From Octopus vulgaris (Eukaryota), in contig OX597814.1 in NCBI GenBank assembly GCA_951406725.2, forward strand, positions 114,142,001 to 114,206,000: DNA of 64,000 nucleotides, read 5' to 3'. Positions 39,498 to 52,597 of this stretch are shown here, piece after piece (the stretch's first letter is position 1; each line of letters opens with the position of its first letter). The notes beneath the pieces are model-generated. The model was not told the DNA's origin. It searched no databases and was given only the letters and a program-made list of their open reading frames with translations. The position numbers and the translations under genes were made by a program.

Positions 39498-42400
39498 AGC
39501 AGTTTGTCTGTCTGTGTGTCTGTCAGGTTGTACCCTCACCCTGACTACGGCTTTCAACCGATTCTGATGAAACTTGACACACACATAGCCCAATGTCATA
39601 ATTCAAAACTAACGCAGCGAAAATTTTGAAAAGTTCCCCCAGTTCTGAAAAAAATTGATAAATTCGACATGGGGTCGAGAATCTAAGCTTTTTATTTGCA
39701 ACACATTTTCTGTTGTAGTTTTCGCAACTTGCAATCGATTTTGACCAAACTCATGGTGAAGCTTAATGTTACCCTAAGAAACTTAATTCTGACGTTAGTT
39801 TTCCATGCAATACCTTACCATCAGAAAAAAATCGATAAAATCATGCCATTTTGGGAAATCGCGTTCAAATTCAAGATGACATATTTTCGACAATATCTTT
39901 CACAAATTGGCAGGAATTTTTAAAATTCACAGCGAGCATCATGTCTGCTCCAGGGGCTCTTACATACCCGGGCAATGCCGGGCTATGCTGCTAGTATATA
40001 TATATATATATATATATATCTTTACCACATGAACTACAATGAAAATTATATGAGAAATAGTATATAATTTTTTTGTGCAGGGGTTCCTTGAGACATGTAA
40101 TTTATTTTAAGGGTTACACAAGGGTAAAAAGGTTGAGAAACACTGGGTTAGAGTGTCAGGCTCACATTCATGAGGTTGTGAGTTTGATTCCCGGACTGGG
40201 GTGTGTGTTGTGTTCTTCAGCAAGACATTTTATTTCATGCTGATCCAGTTCATTCAGCTGTAGAAATGAGTTGCAATGTAACTGGTGCCAAGCTGTTTCG
40301 GCTTGGCACCAGTTGGATAACATCAGTTGTGTTGAGAGAGGAGGCCGGCATGCATGGGCAACTGCTGGTCTTCTGTAAGCAGCTTTGCCTGGACTTGTGC
40401 CATAGAGGGGAACTTTCTAGGTGCAATCCCATGGTCATTCATACCGAGGGGGGTCTTAAGCCTTTACCTTCTAATCGGGTGTGCAAATGTCCAAAATATA
40501 ACATCTGCTATGGCCTGATGTCAGGAGCCAGCATAAACTATACTGCATTGTTAAATAATAACAGTGATGAGTGGAATGTGTCCATAAATGTCCTTTCCAG
40601 TCTTTTGCTCATGTTATGAGATGTTTTTGAACCCATATGAAAAGCCTAGTATATATACCATGGAGGAGATCTTGAAGCTTCTTACTCATAATCCAGCTTT
40701 TAGCTCCATATGAAGGATGGCGGCCCTGATAATGATCAGCCTTGTTCACTTTGAAACATTTGATTGCCAGATATGATGAAGCTTGTTAACCAACATTACA
40801 AGATTTTCCCCCAGGTGTCATCAAGTTTTTCTTGTTGTCAGCAACTTAAGACCCAAGGTATTTGAATCCACTGACCTCCTCAAGCTGTGTACCATCATTT
40901 GAACAAACAGCAAGTGGGTTTTTTCCTTATTAGTGGTCACATACTCATTCTTCTTTGCATTGACATAGCTGATGACAGTACTGCCTGATTGGCACACTCG
41001 TGCCAGTGGAACATTAAAAGCACCATCTGAGCATGATCGTTGCCAGGGCCGCTGATTGGTACCTGTGCCAGTGGTACGTAAAAAAAAGCGTCATTTGAGC
41101 ATGATCATTGCCAGTATCACCTTACTGGCACCCGTGCTGGTGGCACATGAAAAACAACATTCAAGCATGGTCGTTGCTAGTGCCGCCAGACTGGTCCTCG
41201 TGCCAGTGGCATATAAAAGCACCCACTACACTCTCAGAGTGGTTGGCGTTAGGAAGGGCATCCAGCTGTAGTGACTTTGCCAGATCAGATTGGAGCCTGG
41301 TGCAGCCTTCTAGCTCGCCAGCCCTCAGTCAAACCATCCAACTCATGCCAGCATGGAAAGCGGACATTAAATGATGACGATGATGATAATCTTGGTTGCA
41401 GCATCAAGCAGATGGTAGGCTGTGAGGTCAAGATCACCTTCATAGTCCAGGTCAGAGAGATACAGGCTCTTCTGACATCTTGATCACTTCTATTTGATGG
41501 CGGTGGCCTGTACTCTTGGATGGAGTTAATAGTCATAACTGTTTCCTCCTCGTATATATGATTTGCTTTCCTCTTTCAACATTTACACTACTTTCTAGTT
41601 TTTATGAATGCATTTGGCACAACTCAGAGATGTATACAAATTTAAAATATCTTTGATAATACTATTAATCACTTCCTTGACATTTCAGCTAATTTAGTTT
41701 ATTGCCAAAACCTTAGAGCTATCAGCATAACATCAGCCCCACCACCTTTTGCCAAAACCATAGAGCTAGCAGAATACATTAGCCCTCCACCTTGCATGTT
41801 CTCTGCTCCTAAACAACTTAACCTCACCTTTCTGCCAATAGTTGTCATGTTGCCACTTTCATAAATATTCTCTACCTTTTTTTTTTCATTTCTTTTTGCT
41901 TATTTATTTTCCTTATTTTCTCCCTTTCTTCCCTTCTATCTTGACAATCATCTGACCAAAACATCAAGACTACTTTTCTTTTCTTCATAACATAATATAT
42001 TGAGTTTGTATTCTTGTACAACATTTTCTCTCATTCTCTTTCTTCTTATTATTATTTTGCCAGTTTTAGCTCGTAATTTACCATGGATTCATATTTTTTG
42101 GTTATTTTATGTACTGATATGTTGAAAATGCCTTGTAATATTTACTCTGATGAAAGCTTTCCTGTGCAGTAAACAATGGGTAGTAGCTGTTTGACTGCAC
42201 TAAATATTTTATTCAACACATTCTTTTTATGGATATATATCTTCCATATTTTGGGCAATAAATCAGATTTATCTCAGAAACATCCCCTGAGAGTAACTTA
42301 TGTTTAACTGATATATATTACATTTTTTTGTTCAGTTTATTTTATTTCAGAGTGCTTCTTCTCAGAATAAGCTGCCTTAATCATGTCTAAGAAGCTACAC

Positions 42401-45400
42401 ACTCTCCCTTGTGGATAATAGAAATGCATAAAACAATATTGTAAGCATTAGTAAGATACAGAAGTTTAGGATTGAAAAAAAGATAGAAAAAGATGGAGAC
42501 AGTGATTCTAATATTATTCAAATCAGTTCACATATACGACTTATTCAAAGCAATTTGTTTCAAAGTGTTCTCTTCTGTTATTACATAGAAATCATGAACA
42601 GTTGATTTTTCCTTTTTTATGGCCTCTGATATGGAGGAATCTAAAACTTCTGATTGTTTTTCACAATCTTTGTTATATAAAGATCAAGTGCTGATAGTTC
42701 TCTATAATCTCTGCTATACAGAGACAAAGAATCGCTGATTCTCTTCCATAAATTCTTTTATTTATAAGGCTTCTGACTGTACTCTACAATTTTCGTCAAG
42801 AACTAAACATTGTCCTCTAAAATCTCTGCTATACAGAGATCAAGAACTATTGAATGTATTCTGTAATTTACTCTGTTAATCTGAAATCAAGAACCGTTGA
42901 TTGTCCTCTATAATTTCTGTAGAGTTCAGTGGAGAAGATCCTGCTACTAAGCCATCTCTGACTTTGAGGCAACCAGGATAAAGATCATCATCATCATCAT
43001 TTAACGTCCATTTTCCATGCTGGCATGGGTTGGACAGTTCAGTTGGGGTCTGGGAAGCCAGGAGGCTGCACCAGGCTCCAATCTGATCTGGCAGTGTTTC
43101 TACAGCTGGATGCCCTTCCTAATGCCAACCACTCCGAGAGTGTAGTGGGTACTTTTTACGTGCCACTGGCACAGGGACCAGAGGAGCTGGCATCAACCAC
43201 AATTGGATGGTGCTCTTTACATGCCACCAGCATGGAAGCTGATTTGATTTTGATATACTTGATTCAATAGGTCTCCTCAGGCACAGCATGTCACTCTTCA
43301 ATCCAAGGTACTTTTAAGTGGGCTGGTTATACAACACTGGTCTAGGCTACAGCTGTGAACTCACAACTGAAAACTCACAGCTGAAAGAAACAGGAATACA
43401 GCAGAGAGCCAGGTTCAATCTATCCCTAAGTTCTCAGATGAGATAACAAGTTAAGATAATGTACTAAACTATGTCCAGCCAAATCCCTCATCCATCTGAG
43501 TGACACAAGAGTCCAGTTTTATAATGTCCATTATATAGAGATCAAAAACAGTTGATTGTCTGCTATAATCTGTTAAGAGATCAAGAACTGACGATTATCC
43601 CCTCTAATCTTCCCTATTATATAGAAATTAAGAACTCCTTACTGTCTGCTACAGTCTTCTCTGTCATACAGGAATCAAGAACTGCTGATCCTAGTTTTTG
43701 TAATACCAGCATTTTTTTAATCTCCATTTTTCAGTTGAATAGAGACTAATTAGTGATGACACTTAGCAAATCTTGATTTCTTTATAGCAGTGGAAATTAC
43801 GGAAGAGAATACTTTCAGAGGCAAGTACCTTTCAATAAATTTACATGTAAATAGTTATATCATAATGTCCACTATTAGTCTCATGTACATAGGTAGACGT
43901 AGCCACTTTTCTTTCAAGTTTCAAGAATGAGAAAAGCCAAATAAACAAAAACACAAATCTAACAAATCTACTTCTGTTTTTGCAACACCTCCTTATTCTC
44001 TAGTTCCAAATAATCAACAAATGTCACAGAGGCAATGAAAGGAGACCAAAACTTTTGGAGACAGGCTGTGATTGAGAAGATCCAGCAACCTGACAACTAA
44101 AGTGAGATCACAGCGATTGCCGATGCCAGTGTTGCATGTCTGGCCCATTTAAAAGTACCCTTGATGCATCAGGCGATATGCTTGAGAAGACCTGTTAAGT
44201 CAGGTAAAACCTAAATCGTAGTTGTGGCCAGTGTCCACTGACTGGCTCCCATTCCGGTGACATGTAAAATGCATCATCTGAACGTGGTCAATGCCAGTGC
44301 CCCCTGACTGGCTCCCATGCTGGTGGCACATAAAAAGCACTATCCGAACATGGCTGATACCAGTGCCCTCTGACTGGCTCCCGTGTTGGTGGCATGTAAA
44401 AAGCACTATCCAAACGTGATTGATGCCAGGTCCGCCTGACTGGCTCCTGTGCCAGTGGCATGTAAAAAGCCTCAGAGTGGTTGGCATTAGGAAGGGCATC
44501 CAGCTGTAGAAACATTGCCAGACCAGATTGGAACCTGGTGCAGCCACTGGCTTTCCAGACCTCAGTCAAACTGTCCAACCCATGCCAGCATGGAAATCGG
44601 ACATTAAACGATGATGATGATGATCTATTATTTTAAAACATTTTCATTCCTTCAAAATCTTTTATCAACATGTATTGAATTGTTGGTATGCTAATTATCT
44701 CTTTAATTATGATTTCTAGCATTATCACAGTGCCACAGTTTTTAGATGAAGTCTCTACTCCATTATATCATCCCCAGTAAGGCGGCAAGCTGGTAGGGTC
44801 ATTAGCGTGCTGAACGGAACGCTTAGTGCTATGTTCTGGGTTCAAATTCCACCGAGGTCAACTTTACTTTTCATCCTTTCGGGGTCAATAAGTTAAGTAC
44901 CAGTTGAACACTGAGGTTGATGTAATCGACTCATCCCTTCTCCTCAAACTGCCGCCCTTATGGCAAAATTTGAAACCATTACATCATCCCCAGTATTTGA
45001 AATATTGCTTCCCCTCTAAAGGATGAAAGGTAAAACTTGGTTTGGGCAAAGATTGAACTCATATCAGAAAGTGGTTTAACTAAACACCACAAGGCATTTT
45101 GTCAACCATTCCACTAACTTTGCCTATCCATAAACTTCAAGTGTAGAGCAAATTCAAAATATTTTTTTTCTCTGCTCTTTCCATATCTTCATATTGACGA
45201 ATAGAGTTATAATCGATAAATAAATAATGTTCCATTTTATTCATTTATTACTTTACTGTTTCAGGAAACTAAAAGGACAAATTTTGAAGTTTTAGTAATA
45301 AAAATGCCCTTAGAACATATTTTTGTCTAAATGTCTGGAGTAAAGAACTTGAAACAATTCAAGTATGCAACTGATAAAAGAAATGGAAGCAATTCTCGAC

Positions 45401-48400
45401 CAACCTGACTGTTTGCTCTGTAACTTCTATGTCGACATCTAAGCCAAAAGGATAGCAGCACATCTGAACAACTCGTAACAAGATTTCGGTCGGCAATTCT
45501 GAACTTTTAACATCAACACTAAATACAAAACAAAAAAAAAAAATCAGAGTTAAAACAAAGAATAATTTAATTATTATTATTTTATATGAAATGTATTAAT
45601 AATAAAAAAACAAAAATCTATTTTGAAATCTCAGTATTGTTTATAGACCTGGCTGTGTGGTTAAGGTACTCACTTTGTAACCACATGGACACAGGAGTGG
45701 CTGTGTGGTTAGTAGCTTGCTTAACAACCACATGGTTCCTGGTTCAGTCCCACTGCATAGCACCTTGGGCAAGTGTCTTCCACTGTAGCCATAGGCTGAC
45801 CAAAGCCTTGTCAGTGGGTTTGGTAGATGGAAACTGAAAGAAAGCCGTCGTACGTACGTACGTACATACATACATATGTACATACACACATACATACAGA
45901 CAGACAGACAGACAGATAGATATATGTGTGTGTGGTGTATGTTTGTGTGTCTGTGTTTGTTCTCCCAACATCGCTTGACAACCTATGCTGGTGTGTTTAC
46001 ATCCCTGTAACTTAGCAGTTCAGCAAAAGACACCTATAGAATAAGTATTAGGCTTACAAAGAATAAGTCCTGAGATCAATTTGCTCGACTAAAGGTGGTA
46101 CTCCAGCATAGCCACAGTCAAATGACAGAAACAAGTAAAGAGTAAAGAGTTATTCTTTTATTCTGTTAAGAACATCAGCTGAGATCATGTTGGGGCACCA
46201 CCATCTTGGAAAACTTTTTAAAAAACAAAACAATTCATTGTTAAAAATGATAAACTGAAGAAAAAAAAAAGATCATACATCATTTTGTGAACAATTCAAG
46301 ACCACAGATACCTTTTAATGAGGATTGCAAGAAATTCCTTGGTTAACAAATGGTTAAGTGATAGCATAAATATTTTGTCTGGTACAGATAAATAAGTGAC
46401 AAATTCCTGAGGAACCTGTAAGAAAAAAAAATTATTCAACATGTACTAATAACAATATAGAATTATTTTTAAAAAAAATAATGATATAAGAATAATATGG
46501 AAACTCCATTTTTGTATTTGGTTTGCAAAATACTTAATGTGAATTTGTACGTCAAAACAAATATTGCTCTCTTGGGAGGGTCATTAAGCCAATAATAACA
46601 ACTGCACTGGTTTAATATCACTTCTTAACCCTTTCGCTACTGTAATTATAGTAACAATAGAAATCATGTATAATTAATCTAATACTTTATTAGTAATGGT
46701 CTTAAATTGTTTTTCACATGCCACCAGCACATGTGCCAGTAAGGCGACGCTGGCAACAATCACACTTGAATGGTGCTTTTAACATGCCACCGGCACGGGA
46801 ACCAATCTGTGGCCCTGGCAACGATCACGCTCAGATGTGCTTTTAACATATTGTAATAATCCACCACAAGGTTCAACCCCATTATGGTGTGATAGTTTGT
46901 GCACCTCAATGACACTGAGAGATATGCCAGCTGAGGACAAGCTCCTAGTAGGGTCTCTCATACTGGACAGATCAAAAGACAGACACTAGACTAATATCAA
47001 CCACTTCTTCACAGAAATAAAAATGGGCCAATATAACGGCACAGGGCCAACATTGAAGGGAAAATCAGCAGCATCAGCAGATATCTCCTTCAAATGCAAT
47101 CGCTGTATATGTGACTGCTATTCCCAATAGAGGCCTGTAAGCCACAGCAGATGCTGCACCACCATCAGCAGCTGACATGATTTATTTGGGCACAAATTCA
47201 TGACTTCTCGAGACCGATGGATGCCTACTACAAGACAATTTTGTTTGTTCCTTCTCGAGCCATGTCTGGCTCATAAGAGCCGGTTTCCTTAAAGTATAGG
47301 TTCCCCACCTGAACATGATGCCGGTCCATCACAGGTGAGCTGCAAGATGCAGGAGGAAAGAGTGAGAGAAAGTTGTGGCGAAAGAGTCTGCAGAAGTTTG
47401 CCATTACCTTCTGCCGGAGCTGCATGGAGCTTAGGTGTTTCGCTCATAAACACACACATCGCCCGGTCTGAGATTCGAACTCGCGATCCCTCGACTGCGA
47501 GCCCGCTGCTCTAACCACTAGGCCATGTGCCTCCACTACTGTAAGACAATACTATCAATTTGTCTGAAGAATCCAATCATTTAAGAATAACTGAATCAAA
47601 TAGATGTCTTGGAATTATTTCATTTACTTTGTTTATATTACAGATTCTTTCCTTACTTTAGTGAAGACATTGACAGCAATTTCCAAAGTTGCAACAAGTC
47701 CTTGAGGAGAGACCAAAGACCAGTCAGGTTTCTGGAAGTGGTTAGCATCCAAGCTGGTTTCTAGATCATGGATTGGTCGATTATTTTGTGGATTGTTCAC
47801 TTGAAGAGCCTGGGCTATTCGATGCCATAAAATGTCCCAAACACCAGTTTCAGTAAACAGCTGGATCATTGGAATGTCCCCCTAAAAGTAGACAATAAAA
47901 ATAATGTCACTAAAACAAAATCAAAAAAGAAAGGAAAAATAATGTGGAAAAGGGGACAGGAGAAATAAAAGAAACAAAAATATCATTTGGCTATTATTTG
48001 TAATATGAGGTCTGATCAATAAGTATCTGGACTGTTGCCATAGTAACAAAGCCAAAGCACACAGGATGAAGCTGCTTGGAAAAGATGGACCTTGAATTCT
48101 GCTGTGCATGTGCACTAAGTTTTAATGTTCTAGCTCACTTCTGTTGTTTATAGCAATGCTTGGAAGGAAGGTGTGTAGAGTATGATTGCCATATTGACCA
48201 AAACCAAGAAAGTTGTCATGGCGATACCTGCTCAAAGGCCTACGCAAAGTTGCAGAAAACGTATGGAGAGAGTGTATGAACCACACACAAGTGTACGAGA
48301 GATTCAGACATTTCCAAGATGGCCAAAAAAATGTTGATATTGATGAGCATTCTTGGAGACCCGTAACCAGCAGAACTGAGGAAAACATAGCAGATGTATG

Positions 48401-51400
48401 TGTAGCTGTGAGGGGAAATCATTGAATCACCATATGTGAGTTATCAGAAGATGTGCAGATTAGTAACGGTTCAGTTCAGTCCATTATCACTGAAGATTTG
48501 GGTATGAGACGTGTGTCTGCCAAGTTTGTGCCAATACTGCTTTCAGCTGACCAAAACAACACTCAGGTTTCAGTTGCACAAGATCTCCTTAATTGTGTCG
48601 AAAATTATTGCCAAGCTTTTGGCAAAATTTTATGCAAATTCTCTGCTCAACTTTGTCATGGTCAATGCAATGATCACATGCTACACATCATCTTTCTAAG
48701 CCCTGCTGTAAACAGCGGAAGTGGGCTAGAATGTTAAAACTTAGTGCACGCAGGAGTGGCTGTGTGGTAAGTAGCTTGCTAAACAGCCTCATGGTTCCGG
48801 GTTCAGTCCCACTGCGTGGCATCTTGGGCAAGTGTCTTCTGCTATAGCCCCGGGCCGACCAATGCCTTGTGAGTGGATTTGGTAGACGGAAACTGAAAGA
48901 AGCCTGTCGTATATATAAATATATATATGTATGTGTGTGTTTGTATGTCTGTCTCTGTTTGTCCCCGTCACTTAGCGGTTCGGCAAAAAGAGACCGATAG
49001 AATAAGTACTGGGCTTACAAAGAATAAGTCCCGGGGTCGATTTGCTCGACTAAAGGCGGTGCTCCAGCATGGCCACAGTCAAATGACTGAAACAAGTAAA
49101 AGAGTAAAGAGAGTAAAAGAGTAAGTAAAGCAGTGTTCAAGGTCAATCTATGCCAAGCAGCTTCACTCTGCAAGCTTTAGTTTCGTTACTATGGCAACAG
49201 TCTGGATACTTATTGATCAGACTACGTACATAATTTGATATACAGGACGTTCATAAATTATCTCTACAGCTTCCACATTTTATTGCAGTGGTTCTCAACC
49301 TTTCTAACATCCATGCCAAATCCAAAGCATGCATTCTTTTTTAAGGGACTGCACCAAAAAAAGTATAACACAAGTCAATTTATAGTGGGAAGACCATTAA
49401 GAACTGCCAGAAGGATGCTTGTGAGCCACAGCTGAGAACTGTTGATTTCTTGTGTCAGAAGCTATGCCAAATGACACTAGAGTCTGGTGCAGCTCCCCAG
49501 CTTGCCAGCTCTGGCCAAACCGTTCAACTCATGCCAGTATGGACAACGGGTGTTAAATGGTGATGATAAAGGGGTGCTGAAAAGATCCTGGCTTTAAGGG
49601 CATCGTGAAAAGTGTGGTTGGGGGCACAAACTTCCGAATTCTTTTACAGGGCTTAGAAAAACTGAAGGACCACTGCAATAAGTGTGTGAAACTGAGAGCG
49701 GAATATGTAGAATAAAATCATCAACTGATCCTCGTGTATTTTCTTTTACCCAAAGCCAGGAACTTGTCAGCACTCCCTTATATATGCTGTATGGTGAGAC
49801 AGTTGCTTCCCAACAATGTGGTTCCAGGTTCAGTTCTACCGTATGGCTCAGGCCAATCAAAGCCCTGTGAGTGAATTTAGTAGATGGAAACTAAAAGAAG
49901 CTTGTCTTATATATGTTTCTTATTCTTAAACAAGAATATTATTGATCATGATTATGAAGTTTCAGCCAGTCAAGCCATCATCAGATGATAGCTTCACAGA
50001 CTGAAACTTCAAAGTCACAGTCAACAATGTTTTTATTTGCACCATTCGAGCGTAAAAGGCACCATTCGAGCGTGATCATTACCAGTGTCGCCTTACTGGC
50101 ACCTGTGCTGGTGGCATGTGTAAAAAGACTCGAGCGAGGTTGTTGCCAGTACCACCTGACTGGCCCCATGCCAGTGGCATGTAAAAAGCACCCACTACAC
50201 TCTCGGAGTGGTTGGCATTAGGAAGGGCATCCAGCTGTAGAAACTGCCAGACTGGAGCCTGGTGCAGCCATCTGGTTCGCCAGTCCTCAGTCAAATCATC
50301 CAACCCATGCTGGCGACATTAAACGATGGAAAGCGGACGTTAAACGATGATGATGATGATAAAATATGTAGTCTGCAAAAGTATAGAGTAACCTGTTAGA
50401 TTAACGTACGATTGTTTTTATTATAACTGAACATAAAAACAAACATTAACATCATCATCATCATTTAATGTCCGCCTTCCATGCTAGCATAGGTGGACAT
50501 ATACATATATATCTTTCACTCAATATATTAATGAAGAATGGAAAGATAGGTGAAAAAAAAGAAAAAAAAAATGGTGCTTTTTCAAACAAAGTCCATTGAA
50601 TTACGTATACTCCCATGTCACTCTCACTGTTGTGAATGTAGAGAATGAATCAGTGTCCCATTGGAAGCCTATAACTAGTGATACTATAGTCAGATAAAAT
50701 ATACAGATAAACAAATAAAGAAATACTGTCATTGCGATTCATAAAGACAGATAAAGGACACTGCATTGTGATTCTGCAAAAGATGAAAGTTAGTGATGTG
50801 TTTATGGATATAGTGGAGGGAGAAAAAAAATATTTTCTAGAAGATAAAATTCTAATAAAAATGAATTGTGGAAGAGAGACTGTGAAGCTGAACAAATCAA
50901 ATAAAACAGAAAATCAGCTTTAAGTTATTATCATTAACGTAATGACCTTTGTATTAAGGTTCCACAATGGTACGTGTGCATCTATCAATCACAGAATAAC
51001 ACAGCCTGGCATAGCTGTGACAGACTGATTTATCCGAGTGATGGAATATCGTGTCCCTGGCATGGTTGATGGAGTTGCAAGAAAAGCAGGCAGAACAATA
51101 AACCGAGATATAAGTCGGAAGCATATTTAAGTGTATTGCTTAGCAACCTGATTTACCGTTATCTTGGATATAGCGTCTCGATTAATCCACTTACTTTACT
51201 TTTAGGCAAAAAAAAAAAAAAAACAAGAGGAAAGAAGATAGCAATGAATAAAAACATTTTTCAGGAGCATTTCTAAAGACATCTTTTTTGTTTTGTTGTG
51301 TTGTTTTTATTTTCTTCGGACTGTTTCATTGTACTTCTTGGAACCGTGTCGTTGTGAAGCTCTGATTTGAAGTTTATTTTTGAAGTACTTTCTCTCTCTC

Positions 51401-51407
51401 TCTCTCT

Positions 51408-51476
<69 letters not shown>

Positions 51477-51731
51477 TATATATATATATATATGCATACA
51501 TAATAATATAAATATAGTGGTCACTATATATCACTCTAGCACATAAATCCAAAGGTTTCAACACGAAAAATACATACATACATATATAAATATATGCACA
51601 TATTTACATACATATACATATACAAGTACACATACATACATAACTATATGCACATATTTACATACATATACAAGTACACACATATATATATATATATGCA
51701 TACATATATAAACACATGCACTATATATACA

Positions 51732-51765
<34 letters not shown>

Positions 51766-51775
51766 TATAACACAC

Positions 51776-51807
<32 letters not shown>

Positions 51808-52545
51808 TTGTGAGATACTGAATTTCCTCTGCTTATTTAGTTACAGTTTAGGAAATGTTTATCTTCATTATTGCTGTATCATGCGCCTCTATTTTCTTAT
51901 GATGATTGAAGTCTTTCTTCCTAAAGCAACACTGAAGACAATAGTTCAATATTCAAAGGATTATTTATGGTTCTGTATAGTAAAAAAAAAACAAAAAAAA
52001 CTGTATTAACCCTTTTGGTACAAACACACTTAACATCATCTACATTCTATGAATTAAGTTTCATGCTTGAAGGGATCTAAATTTTAAAATTCTTTGAAAA
52101 TTTCAAGTAAATTTATTTTCCAACAGCTTAATAATGACAAAGTCATGGTACTAAATTCTTCATTATTTTCACAGAATTATGGTAATAAAAGAGTTTTAGA
52201 TTAAAATCTTCCGTCAAAATTTTATGTTAATTTATGTTCCAAGCATCAGATTAATAATGGTTTTAAATTTTGCCACAAGGGCAGCAATTTTGGGGAAGGG
52301 GATAAGTTGATTACATCGACCCCAGTGTTCAACTGGTACTTATTTAATCAACCCTGAAAGGCAAAGTCAACCTTGGCAGAAGTTGAACTCAGAACATAGC
52401 GACAAGTGAAATATCGCCAAGCATTTCATTCAGCGTGCTAATGATTCTGCTAGCTCACTGCCTTATAAAACATCAGATTAATAATGATAAAATTAAGAGC
52501 ACGGGCTACTAACCCCAAGATTCCGAGTTCGATTCCATGCAGTAA

Positions 52546-52597
<52 letters not shown>

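Noticed and set aside
50990-51030. miRNA precursor (miR-2-like CACAGCC)
   Set aside because: Stem is only ~6 bp and there is no full match to a mature miRNA I can recall
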